Made by a program: the position numbers and the translations under genes. Of a stretch of 64,000 nt of DNA, positions 21,693 through 30,038 are shown one piece after another. The DNA lies in contig SXSI01000049.1 in assembly GCA_005792285.1 (NCBI GenBank), positions 19,589-83,588 on the forward strand, written 5' to 3'. The notes beneath the pieces were generated by a model. The model worked only from the letters and a program-made list of their open reading frames with translations, did not search any database and was not told the origin of the DNA. Position 1 is the stretch's first letter; each line of letters starts with the position of its first letter. Source of the DNA: Bacteroidota bacterium. Its GTDB lineage: Bacteria; Bacteroidota; Ignavibacteria; UBA10030; UBA8401.

Positions 21693-22127
21693 ATGATTTC
21701 TAATTTTATTTCAAGTTCCGAAAATGAAACAATTCAAATAGGGAAAGATTTTTCTTCGCAACTTATTTCTGGAGATATAGTTGAATTAATAGGCGATTTA
21801 GGAACAGGGAAAACACATTTTGTAAAAGGTGTATCGCTTGGAATTGGTGTAAAAAAATCGGCAATTAGTCCAACATTTACAATTGTAAATGAATATAATG
21901 GCGGACGAATTCCAATTTATCATATTGATTGCTATCGGTTACTGAATTCAAAAGAACTTTTAGAAATTGGAATTGAAGATTATTTTTTTGGTGAAGGTGT
22001 TTGTGTGATTGAATGGGGAAATAAAATTGAAGAATTTCTTCCGTTGCGAAGATATCAATGTGAGTTTAAATATGGTGAGAAAGTAAACGAAAGAATTATT
22101 GAAATTACAAAATTAGAAAAAATATGA
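21693..22127 (+). CDS. tsaE: t6A biosynthesis ATPase TsaE
   Basis: GDLGTGKT P-loop, SPTFTIVNEY, HIDCYRL, IEW. Confidence 0.95.
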   Translation: MISNFISSSENETIQIGKDFSSQLISGDIVELIGDLGTGKTHFVKGVSLGIGVKKSAISPTFTIVNEYNGGRIPIYHIDCYRLLNSKELLEIGIEDYFFGEGVCVIEWGNKIEEFLPLRRYQCEFKYGEKVNERIIEITKLEKI

Positions 22128-22792
22128 TTTTAGGAATTGAAACAGCAACATCATCTTGTAGTGTTGCACTTGTAGAAGAAAAAACAGGAAAAGTAATTTC
22201 ATTTAGATCGGTTGTAGAAAAAAATATTCATTCCGAAAAATTATTATTTTTTACAGACGAAATTATTTGTGATGCAAAAATAACTTTGCAACAAATTTCA
22301 AAAGTTGCAGTTTCAATTGGACCAGGTTCATTTACAGGATTGCGAATTGGATTAAGTGCAGCCAAAGGATTTGCGAGTGCATTAAATATTCCAATAGTTC
22401 CAATTCCAACACTCGATGGATTAATTAATTTTGCACTCCAGGAAAAAATAATTGAATCTAATTCAAAAGTTATTGCAATGATTTCAACGAAAAGAGAAGA
22501 GGCATATTTTGCTAAGTATAATATTAGTGATTCTTTTCAAAGGATATCCACTTATGAAATTGGCCCGATAATTGATATATTCCAACAGAATAAAGATGCG
22601 AAATTTCTTTTTTCTAAAGAATGGAATGCATCGAAAGAAATAAATGCTGAAGAAAATAAAATTATTTTACCATGTTCAGCTATTTCAATTGCAAAATTAG
22701 CTATAAGAACTGAATATTTGGAGCTCAAAGAATTTAGCGAATTAGAACCAATGTATTTAAGAAATTTTGAACCAAAAATTAATATAAAGTAA
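22124..22792 (+). CDS. tsaB: t6A biosynthesis protein TsaB
   Basis: ILGIETAT, HSEKL, GPGSFTGLRIG, EPMYLR. Confidence 0.93.
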   Translation: MILGIETATSSCSVALVEEKTGKVISFRSVVEKNIHSEKLLFFTDEIICDAKITLQQISKVAVSIGPGSFTGLRIGLSAAKGFASALNIPIVPIPTLDGLINFALQEKIIESNSKVIAMISTKREEAYFAKYNISDSFQRISTYEIGPIIDIFQQNKDAKFLFSKEWNASKEINAEENKIILPCSAISIAKLAIRTEYLELKEFSELEPMYLRNFEPKINIK

Positions 22793-22801
22793 ATACTAAA
22801 T

Positions 22802-23638
22802 ATGGCTTGGTTTAAGCGATCAAAAGAAAATATAATAACTGATTCTAAAAAAGATACTCCCGAAGGACTTTGGCAAAAATGTCCATCTTGTGGAGAAATT
22901 CTACATGCACAAACTTTAATAGAAAATTTATCAGTTTGCTCAAAGTGTAATTATCATTTCAGAATTAGTTCTGAGGAATATTTTTCATTTCTACTGGATG
23001 ACAGAACATTCAAAGAATACGATTCCAAAATGATTTCGAAAGATTTTTTAAATTTTGTAGATACAAAAAAATATAAAGACAGAATTAAAGAGGCGATTAA
23101 AACAACAGGATTAAAAGATGCAATCCGATATGGAACGGCTGAAATAAATAAAATTCATATCGTAATCGCATGTATGGATTTTGGATTTATCGGAGGTAGT
23201 ATTGGTTCAGTTGTTGGAGAAAAAATTGCGCGAGCAACAGATGTTGCATTAAATAAAAAAATTCCGCTTATAATTATTTCTTCAAGTGGCGGAGCAAGAA
23301 TGATGGAAGCTGCACATTCACTTATGCAATTAGCAAAAACAAGTAGCCGATTAAATAAATTGGCGAAAGCAAAAATTCCTTATCTATCAATATTAACAGA
23401 TCCAACAACCGGTGGAGCTTCGGCAAGTTTCAGTATGCTTGGCGATGTTCACATTGCAGAGCCTGGCGCGTTAATTGGTTTTGCGGGACCTCGAGTTATT
23501 AAACAGACAATTAATAAAGAACTTCCCGAAGGATTTCAAAAAGCTGAAACCGTTTTAGAGAAAGGATTTATCGATATGGTTGTTCCGCGAAAAGATTTGA
23601 AACAAACAATTACACGACTCCTCACTTTAATAAAATAA
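22802..23638 (+). CDS. accD: Acetyl-CoA carboxylase carboxyltransferase beta
   Basis: WQKCPSC..CSKC zinc finger, SGGARMME, PTTGG, IGFAGPRVI. Confidence 0.95.
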   Translation: MAWFKRSKENIITDSKKDTPEGLWQKCPSCGEILHAQTLIENLSVCSKCNYHFRISSEEYFSFLLDDRTFKEYDSKMISKDFLNFVDTKKYKDRIKEAIKTTGLKDAIRYGTAEINKIHIVIACMDFGFIGGSIGSVVGEKIARATDVALNKKIPLIIISSSGGARMMEAAHSLMQLAKTSSRLNKLAKAKIPYLSILTDPTTGGASASFSMLGDVHIAEPGALIGFAGPRVIKQTINKELPEGFQKAETVLEKGFIDMVVPRKDLKQTITRLLTLIK

Positions 23639-23640
23639 AA

Positions 23641-24543
23641 ATGAGAATTACAATTTTAGGTATGCCGATGGATCTTGGTTCGGGAAGACGTGGAGTTGAT
23701 ATGGGTCCTTCTGCAATTAGAATTGCAGGACTTTCTGAAAAATTAAAATCAATTGGTCATATTGTTACAGATGAAGGTGACATTTTAATTAAAGCTCCCG
23801 AACAACAACGTGTGAAAGATGACAAGTTAAAATATTTAAATGAAATTGTGAGAAGTTGTAATTTACTTTCAAATCGAATTGAAAGAATTTTATCAGTTAA
23901 AAGTTTTCCTTTAATTCTCGGTGGCGATCATTCAATTGCAATTGGAACGTTGGCAGGAATTTGAAATTTCAATAAAAGACAAAATAATACAGTTGGTTTA
24001 ATTTGGTTTGATGCACTTGGAGATTTAAATACTGCAGATACAACTCCTTCCGGGAATATTCATGGAATGCCACTTGCAGCTTGTTTGGGACAGGGAAGTA
24101 AATATTTAACTTCAGTTGGCGGAGAATTTCAAAAAATTCATCCTAAAAATGTTGTGATGATTGGAATTCGAGAATTAGATGAAGGTGAAAAAAAATTAAT
24201 AAAAAAATTGGGAATTACAATTTTTACGATGGAAGATATTGACAAAGAGGGAATGGGCTCAATAGTTAAAAAGTCACTAAAAAAATTAAAACATGTTGAT
24301 CATCTTCATGTAAGTTTAGATCTCGATGCATTAGATCCAACTTTCGCTCCCGGAGTTGGAACTCCTGTTAAAGGTGGACTTGATTACAGAGAAGCTCATC
24401 TTTTTATGGAATCGCTTTTTGATTCAGGGAAGTTGTCAAGTTTAGAAGTTGTTGAAGAAAATCCAATTCTCGATATTAAAAATCAAACTGCAGAATTAGC
24501 TGTGGATTTAATTCTTTCTTCATTTGGAAAAAAAATAATTTAA
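23641..24543 (+). pseudogene. rocF: Arginase pseudogene (in-frame TGA, metal-ligand His lost)
   Basis: The two listed ORFs share one frame: GVDMGP, LGGDHS, TGA at 23962-23964, DALGD (canonical DAHxD), SGNIHGMP, SLDLDALDP, PGVGTPV. Confidence 0.85.
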
Positions 24544-25304
24544 TGACAACACAACTTGCAGTTATTATTTTAGCAGCTGGAAAAGGGACAAGAATGAACA
24601 ATACGGAAAAAGCAAAAGTAATGTTTGAGATTTTGGGAATTCCGATGATTGGTAGAGTTGTAGAAATGGCTTTAAAATTGAATCCGCAAAAAGTTATAGT
24701 TGTGGTTGGTTACCAAAGAGAAATGGTTCAAGAATATTTAACTCAATTCAATCATCAACTGAAGACAGTAATTCAAGATCCGCAATTAGGAACTGGTCAA
24801 GCAACATCTTTGACTGAAACAGAATTAATTAATTTCAATGGAAATATTTTGGTATTAGCTGGCGATGTTCCACTTTTATTATCTTCTTCAATATTACAAT
24901 TAATAAATTATCATGAACAAAATAAATCTGCCGCAACAATATTAACTGCAAACTTAGATAATCCTTTTGGTTATGGTAGAATAATTCGTGATAAAAACGG
25001 AAATGTTAATTCAATTGTTGAAGAAAAAGATGCAACTGAAGAAGAGAAAAAAATAAATGAAATTAATTCCGGAATTTATATCTTTCAAAAAGATATATTA
25101 TTCGATGCATTAAAGAAAATTAAACCACATAATTCACAAAAAGAATTATATTTGACCGATGTTATTGCAATATTTAAGAATCAAAATTTACAAGTCTCAG
25201 CAACCCAAGTTAAAGATAGTATGGAAATATTGGGAATAAATACGGTTGACCAGTTAATAGATGTTGAAAAATTGTTTATAGAAAAAAATGAAAAATCAAG
25301 TTGA
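24543..25304 (+). CDS. GlmU N-terminal-type nucleotidyltransferase (no acetyltransferase domain)
   Basis: ILAAGKGTRM, QLGTG, GDVPLL, GYGRI, EEKDA, EINSGIY, ELYLTD; only 253 aa. Confidence 0.85.
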   Translation: MTTQLAVIILAAGKGTRMNNTEKAKVMFEILGIPMIGRVVEMALKLNPQKVIVVVGYQREMVQEYLTQFNHQLKTVIQDPQLGTGQATSLTETELINFNGNILVLAGDVPLLLSSSILQLINYHEQNKSAATILTANLDNPFGYGRIIRDKNGNVNSIVEEKDATEEEKKINEINSGIYIFQKDILFDALKKIKPHNSQKELYLTDVIAIFKNQNLQVSATQVKDSMEILGINTVDQLIDVEKLFIEKNEKSS

Positions 25305-25329
25305 CAAAAGTTTAAGAAATAGTTATTAT
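25301..25329 (+). promoter_or_regulatory. Near-consensus sigma70 promoter TTGACA-17-TATTAT
   Basis: The -35 contains the upstream gene's TGA stop; ATG lies at 25336. Confidence 0.7.
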
Positions 25330-25335
25330 TACAGT

Positions 25336-25803
25336 ATGAAATATACAATTATCTTTATTTTGTCATTTGTACAAATTAGTTTGGCTCAATTTAAAAATAC
25401 CGGACAAGTTACTCCAAGTGTAAGTTCTGCAATTTTGAGGCCGATGACTTTAAATAATTATCAGCAATTAATTGATCCTTCAAAATTACAAATGAGACAT
25501 TCAATTGCGATGTCTTTTATTTCTTCCGGAAATCAAAATATAATGTTGAATAGTTATACAAATTCACTTTCATATTTATTTAATGATAAATTATATGCGA
25601 ATGTAGATATCAGCATTCAAAGTTCGCCATACAGCTCATTAGATCCACGACTTTCAAATCAACTTTCAGGAGTTTTTATAAGAAATGCAGAACTTGTTTA
25701 TCGTCCGACGAAAGAATTTCACATTGGAATTTCTTATCAACAATCACCATCTTCAAATTATTACCGTAATAGGTTATTATTCGACGATTCATTTGGGAAG
25801 TAG
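25336..25803 (+). CDS. Hypothetical exported protein (beta-rich)
   Basis: ATG at 25336 gives a clean signal peptide MKYTIIFILSFVQISLA; alternating beta-strand pattern. Confidence 0.6.
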   Translation: MKYTIIFILSFVQISLAQFKNTGQVTPSVSSAILRPMTLNNYQQLIDPSKLQMRHSIAMSFISSGNQNIMLNSYTNSLSYLFNDKLYANVDISIQSSPYSSLDPRLSNQLSGVFIRNAELVYRPTKEFHIGISYQQSPSSNYYRNRLLFDDSFGK

Positions 25804-25838
25804 TTTGTTTTCTGTTTTAATAGAAGTGATGTAAATAA

Positions 25839-26303
25839 ATGACATCACATTTCAAAAATCTCTCATCAAAATATTTTATTGTTTTAGTTTTATTGGTAAG
25901 CAGTGGAGTTATTATCAATATTTACATTTTATTTGAATCATGGAATAACAATGTAATTCTTTCCGATAAAATATTTACAAAAGATTCTCTATCAACCGTG
26001 CAGTTAAATGTTTTAAATGGTTGTGGTAAAAGTGGTGTTGCAGATAAAGTTACATTGTATTTAAGAAACTTAGGATTTGATGTTGTTGATATTGGGAATT
26101 ATCAAAATTTTAATGTAAAAGAAACTTTAGTAATAGATCGTGTTGGAATAAAAAATAATGTTGATAATGCTATTCCATTTTTAGTTGCAACGCATTTGGG
26201 AATTACAAATAGCAATGTAGTACAACAAATTAATCCTTTATTTTATGTTAACACAACTATTGTAATCGGAAATGATTTTGATAAATTAAAACCTTGGAAA
26301 TAA
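25839..26303 (+). CDS. LytR C-terminal domain protein
   Basis: N-terminal TM, VQLNVLNGCGKSGVA, GFDVVDIGN, TIVIGND; upstream of rsfS. Confidence 0.85.
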   Translation: MTSHFKNLSSKYFIVLVLLVSSGVIINIYILFESWNNNVILSDKIFTKDSLSTVQLNVLNGCGKSGVADKVTLYLRNLGFDVVDIGNYQNFNVKETLVIDRVGIKNNVDNAIPFLVATHLGITNSNVVQQINPLFYVNTTIVIGNDFDKLKPWK

Positions 26304-26307
26304 ATTT

Positions 26308-26697
26308 ATGACACCAAAAATATTAGCAAAAAAAATAGCAAAAATAATTTTATCAAAAAAAGCAACTGATGTTGTAATTCTTGACATTAAAAAATTAACT
26401 ACAATGACAGATTATTTTGTAATCTGTTCAGCAAGTTCAAATACACAAGTAAGAGCAATAGCTGACGAAATTATAGATGAGATGAAAGAGATTGACGAAT
26501 TACATGTTCAATGTGAAGGTTATACTGAAGGTTCGTGGGTTATAATAGATTTGTTTAATATTGTTGTACATATATTTCAAGTAGATGCGCGGAATTATTA
26601 TGATATAGAAAAATTATGGGAAGATGCTAAAATTGAAATTATAGTTGACAAACCCGTAGTTAAAAAGAAAAAAGTCGTAACACGCAAAAAAAAATAA
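26308..26697 (+). CDS. rsfS: Ribosome silencing factor
   Basis: KKATDVVILD, DYFVICS, WVIIDLFNIVVHIF, RNYYDIEKLW. Confidence 0.93.
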   Translation: MTPKILAKKIAKIILSKKATDVVILDIKKLTTMTDYFVICSASSNTQVRAIADEIIDEMKEIDELHVQCEGYTEGSWVIIDLFNIVVHIFQVDARNYYDIEKLWEDAKIEIIVDKPVVKKKKVVTRKKK

Positions 26698-28352
26698 TGC
26701 AGGAATATCTCATTCAACAATTGAAGGGAGCTCTGCAGAAATTAAATTATCCCTCAATTGAAGTCCAACTTGAAAAACCAAGAATTCCTGAACATGGAGA
26801 TGTGTGTTGCACAATCGCGTTATCGCTTGCGAAAATACTAAATAAACCACCTCGTGAAATTGCCAACGAAATAAAAAATAATTTAATTCTTGATACTTCA
26901 ATTATAAAGTCAGTAGAAATTGCGGGAGCTGGATTTATTAACTTTAATTTTGCTAATTCAGCAATAATAAATAAAGCAAAATATATTCTCGAGTTAAATG
27001 ATCTTTATGGTAAATCGAATATTGGTAAAAATAAAAAAACAAATCTCGAATGGGTAAGTGCAAATCCAACTGGTCCATTACACAGTGGACATGGTAGGCA
27101 AGTTTGTTTAGGTGGTGTAATTGCAAATTTACTCGAGTGGAATGGTTTTGATGTAACGCGCGAATATTATTTTAATAATGCCGGCAATCAAATGAAATTA
27201 CTTGCTGACAGTATTTTTGCACGATATGTTAAATTATGCGGCGGCAATATTCATTTTCCTGAAAATGGATATCAGGGAAATTATATTAATACAATTGCTG
27301 AAGAGATAAAAATAAAATTTGGTTCAACTATAAGTCGGGATCACAAAGATGAAAATGGAAAACCATTATTCCAATCTTTTGGTGAAAAGTGGTGTTTTCA
27401 AAGTATACAAGAAACGCTTCACAAACTTAATATTAAGCATGATGTTTTTTACAACGAAGATTCACTTTATAGTAGTGGGAAAATTGATGAAGTAATTTCA
27501 CTTCTTCGAAAAAAAGATTTGGTTTACGAAGAAGAAGGCGCACTTTGGTTTCGTACTTCAAAACTCGGAATTGATAAAGACAGAGTAATTGTAAAAAGTA
27601 CAGGAGAGCCAACTTATAGATTGCCAGATATTGCATATCATCAAGAAAAATTTGAAAGAGGGTTTGAATTTTTAGTTGATATTTTTGGCGCTGATCATAT
27701 TGCAACTATCATAGATGTAATTGCAGGACTCGAAGCACTTGGTTATGATAAATCAAAAGTAAAAGTAATAATTCATCAAATGGTTTCTTTTGTTGAAGGG
27801 GAAGAAGTTGTAAAAATGTCAAAACGGAATGCAAAAGTTTATACTCTCGATGAATTAATTAATGATGTTGGAGTTGATGCTGTATTTTATTTTTTTATAA
27901 TGAGAAGTGCAAATACACATTTGGAATTTGATATATCGCTTGCAAAAAAACAATCTGAAGAAAATCCACTTTACTATGTACAATATGCTCATGCAAGAAT
28001 TGCAAGTATTTTACGATTTGCAGAAGAAGAAAAATATTTCACATCTCCAATAGACATTTTACAAAAATCAAATTTTGAATTAGTTCAAAAAAAAGAAGAA
28101 ATTGAATTGATGAAAGTGTTGCTAGAATTCCCATCTATAATTATTCAATCATCAGAAATGTTTGAACCTCACAGATTACCAACTTATTTAAAATCGGTAG
28201 CCGAATCATTCCACAGATTTTATCACAATAATCGGGTAATGGGGGAAGAGAAGAACACAACGCAAGCAAGGTTGGCAATTTGTGTTATGACGAAAATAGT
28301 AATCAAAAACTGCTGTAAAATATTGAATGTTTCCGTTCCGGAGAAAATGTAG
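26697..28352 (+). CDS. argS: Arginine--tRNA ligase
   Basis: SANPTGPLHSGH, KSTGEPTY, GADH, KMSKR, YYVQYAHAR. Confidence 0.96.
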   Translation: MQEYLIQQLKGALQKLNYPSIEVQLEKPRIPEHGDVCCTIALSLAKILNKPPREIANEIKNNLILDTSIIKSVEIAGAGFINFNFANSAIINKAKYILELNDLYGKSNIGKNKKTNLEWVSANPTGPLHSGHGRQVCLGGVIANLLEWNGFDVTREYYFNNAGNQMKLLADSIFARYVKLCGGNIHFPENGYQGNYINTIAEEIKIKFGSTISRDHKDENGKPLFQSFGEKWCFQSIQETLHKLNIKHDVFYNEDSLYSSGKIDEVISLLRKKDLVYEEEGALWFRTSKLGIDKDRVIVKSTGEPTYRLPDIAYHQEKFERGFEFLVDIFGADHIATIIDVIAGLEALGYDKSKVKVIIHQMVSFVEGEEVVKMSKRNAKVYTLDELINDVGVDAVFYFFIMRSANTHLEFDISLAKKQSEENPLYYVQYAHARIASILRFAEEEKYFTSPIDILQKSNFELVQKKEEIELMKVLLEFPSIIIQSSEMFEPHRLPTYLKSVAESFHRFYHNNRVMGEEKNTTQARLAICVMTKIVIKNCCKILNVSVPEKM

Positions 28353-28357
28353 TTTAC

Positions 28358-28467
28358 TTGCAATTAAGCTACTCTTTTCGTAAATATGGCTATGATTTTA
28401 TCAAAAAGAGGACATAAATAACCTCGTCTTGTTACCCGCCGCAGTGTAAAGCTGCAAATTTTTTACA
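28358..28467 (+). promoter_or_regulatory. Putative promoter (TTGCAA-17-TAAATA) and structured leader of the polysaccharide operon
   Basis: Promoter-like spacing; short ORF MILSKRGHK 28392-28421; GC-rich hairpin GCAG-tgtaaag-CTGC 28441-28455. Confidence 0.4.
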
Positions 28468-28511
28468 TTAATAATATTTAAAGGAGTGCTTAATAAATTT
28501 GTATTTCAATT

Positions 28512-29009
28512 ATGCAATTAGAAAATAATATAAAATTTACAATTGGTGAAATTGAAGGAGTTATATTTAAACCACTCCACATTTTCGTTGATTCGCGTGG
28601 ATGGTTAACTGAAATTTTTCGTGAAGATGAAATTGAAAATGAATTTATGCCAAAAATGGCTTACATATCGATGACAGAAACAGGAATTACAAGAGGTCCA
28701 CATGAACATGTTGATCAAGCAGATATGTTTGTATTTATGAAACCATCAAAGTTTAAATTATTCTTATGGGATATGCGTAAACAAAGTTCAACTTATCTTA
28801 ATAAGATATTTATTGAAGTTGGTGAAAATAATCCATGTATGGTAATTATTCCGTCGGGAGTTGTACATGCATATAAAAATATAGGGACTAAACAAGGAAT
28901 GGTTTATAATTTACCAAATAGATTATTTGCAGGAGTTGGTAAAAAAGAAAAAGTAGATGAAGTACGACATGAATCAAATCCCGATTCACCATTTAAAATG
29001 GATGAATAG
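28512..29009 (+). CDS. rfbC: dTDP-4-dehydrorhamnose 3,5-epimerase-family cupin
   Basis: DSRGWLTE, RGPHEH, WDMRKQSSTY, IPSGVVHAY. Confidence 0.75.
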   Translation: MQLENNIKFTIGEIEGVIFKPLHIFVDSRGWLTEIFREDEIENEFMPKMAYISMTETGITRGPHEHVDQADMFVFMKPSKFKLFLWDMRKQSSTYLNKIFIEVGENNPCMVIIPSGVVHAYKNIGTKQGMVYNLPNRLFAGVGKKEKVDEVRHESNPDSPFKMDE

Positions 29010-30023
29010 ATGAAGAATATTTTAGTAACAGGAGGTGCTGGTTTTATCGGAAGTAACTTCATCCATTATTTATTAGAAAAATATTCTGATATCAAAGTAA
29101 TAAATTTTGATAAACTAACTTATGCGGCGAATCTTGAAAATTTAAAAAATATTGAAAATGATAGTCGTTATACATTTGTCCAAGGAGATATTTGTAATTC
29201 CGAAGTAGTAAATAAAACAATTAGAGAATTTCAAATTGATACGATTGTACATTTTGCTGCCGAGTCGCATGTTGACAGAAGTATATTGGGACCGCAAATA
29301 TTTATTCAAACAAATGTAGTTGGCACTTCTATTTTACTTGAAGCAGCAAGAAATAATAAAATTAATAAATTCGTTCATGTTTCAACTGATGAAGTTTATG
29401 GTTCACTCGGAGCTGTTGGAAAATTCACTGAAAAATCTCCTTTAGATCCAACGTCACCATATTCATCATCCAAAGCTTCATCAGATCTTATTGCTTTGTC
29501 GTACTTTAAAACTTTTAATTTGCCTGTTGTTATTACAAGATGTTCAAATAATTATGGACCATTTCAATTTCCGGAAAAATTAATTCCATTAATGATTGCA
29601 AATGCGTTGGCAAATAAACCGTTGCCTGTTTATGGAGAAGGATTAAATATTCGGGATTGGCTTTACGTGAGAGATCATTGTTCAGCAATTGATGTTGTAC
29701 TTAAAAAAGGGAAAAGTGGAGAAGTATATAATGTTGGTGGAAATAATGAATGGAAAAATATTGAAATTGTAAAACTTCTTTTGAAAACTTTAGAAAAATC
29801 AGATTCGTTAATTCAATTTGTTAAAGATAGAGTTGCTCATGATTTTAGATATGCGATTGATGCATCCAAAATAAAAAATGAACTTAGTTGGATTCCAGAA
29901 CATAATTTTGAAAATGGTTTACAAGAAACTATAAAATGGTATTTAGAGAACGAATCATGGTGGAAGAGAATTATAAGTGGAGATTATCAAAAGTATTATG
30001 AATTACAATATTCAAATCGATAA
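29010..30023 (+). CDS. rfbB: dTDP-glucose 4,6-dehydratase
   Basis: VTGGAGFIGSNF, AAESHVDRS, STDEVYG, YSSSK, CSNNYGP. Confidence 0.95.
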   Translation: MKNILVTGGAGFIGSNFIHYLLEKYSDIKVINFDKLTYAANLENLKNIENDSRYTFVQGDICNSEVVNKTIREFQIDTIVHFAAESHVDRSILGPQIFIQTNVVGTSILLEAARNNKINKFVHVSTDEVYGSLGAVGKFTEKSPLDPTSPYSSSKASSDLIALSYFKTFNLPVVITRCSNNYGPFQFPEKLIPLMIANALANKPLPVYGEGLNIRDWLYVRDHCSAIDVVLKKGKSGEVYNVGGNNEWKNIEIVKLLLKTLEKSDSLIQFVKDRVAHDFRYAIDASKIKNELSWIPEHNFENGLQETIKWYLENESWWKRIISGDYQKYYELQYSNR

Positions 30024-30038
30024 ATTTATTACAAAATT

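Noticed and set aside
23962..23964. TGA recoding (Gly/Trp code or selenocysteine) to explain in-frame TGAs in arginase and btuB (50606)
   Set aside because: TGA ends many genes at their expected termini (6806-6808 after the CTD, tsaE, smpB, radC), TGG is used for Trp, btuB also has a TAA, arginase has other lesions, and no SECIS-like hairpin follows.
28431..28440. ops/JUMPStart-like GGCGGGTAAC
   Set aside because: It lies on the minus strand, opposite to the operon, and deviates from GGCGGTAG; kept only as part of the leader finding.
28484..28492. GAGTGCTTA resembling the right arm of a CIRCE element
   Set aside because: No TTAGCACTC left arm at 9-nt spacing and no chaperone gene downstream.
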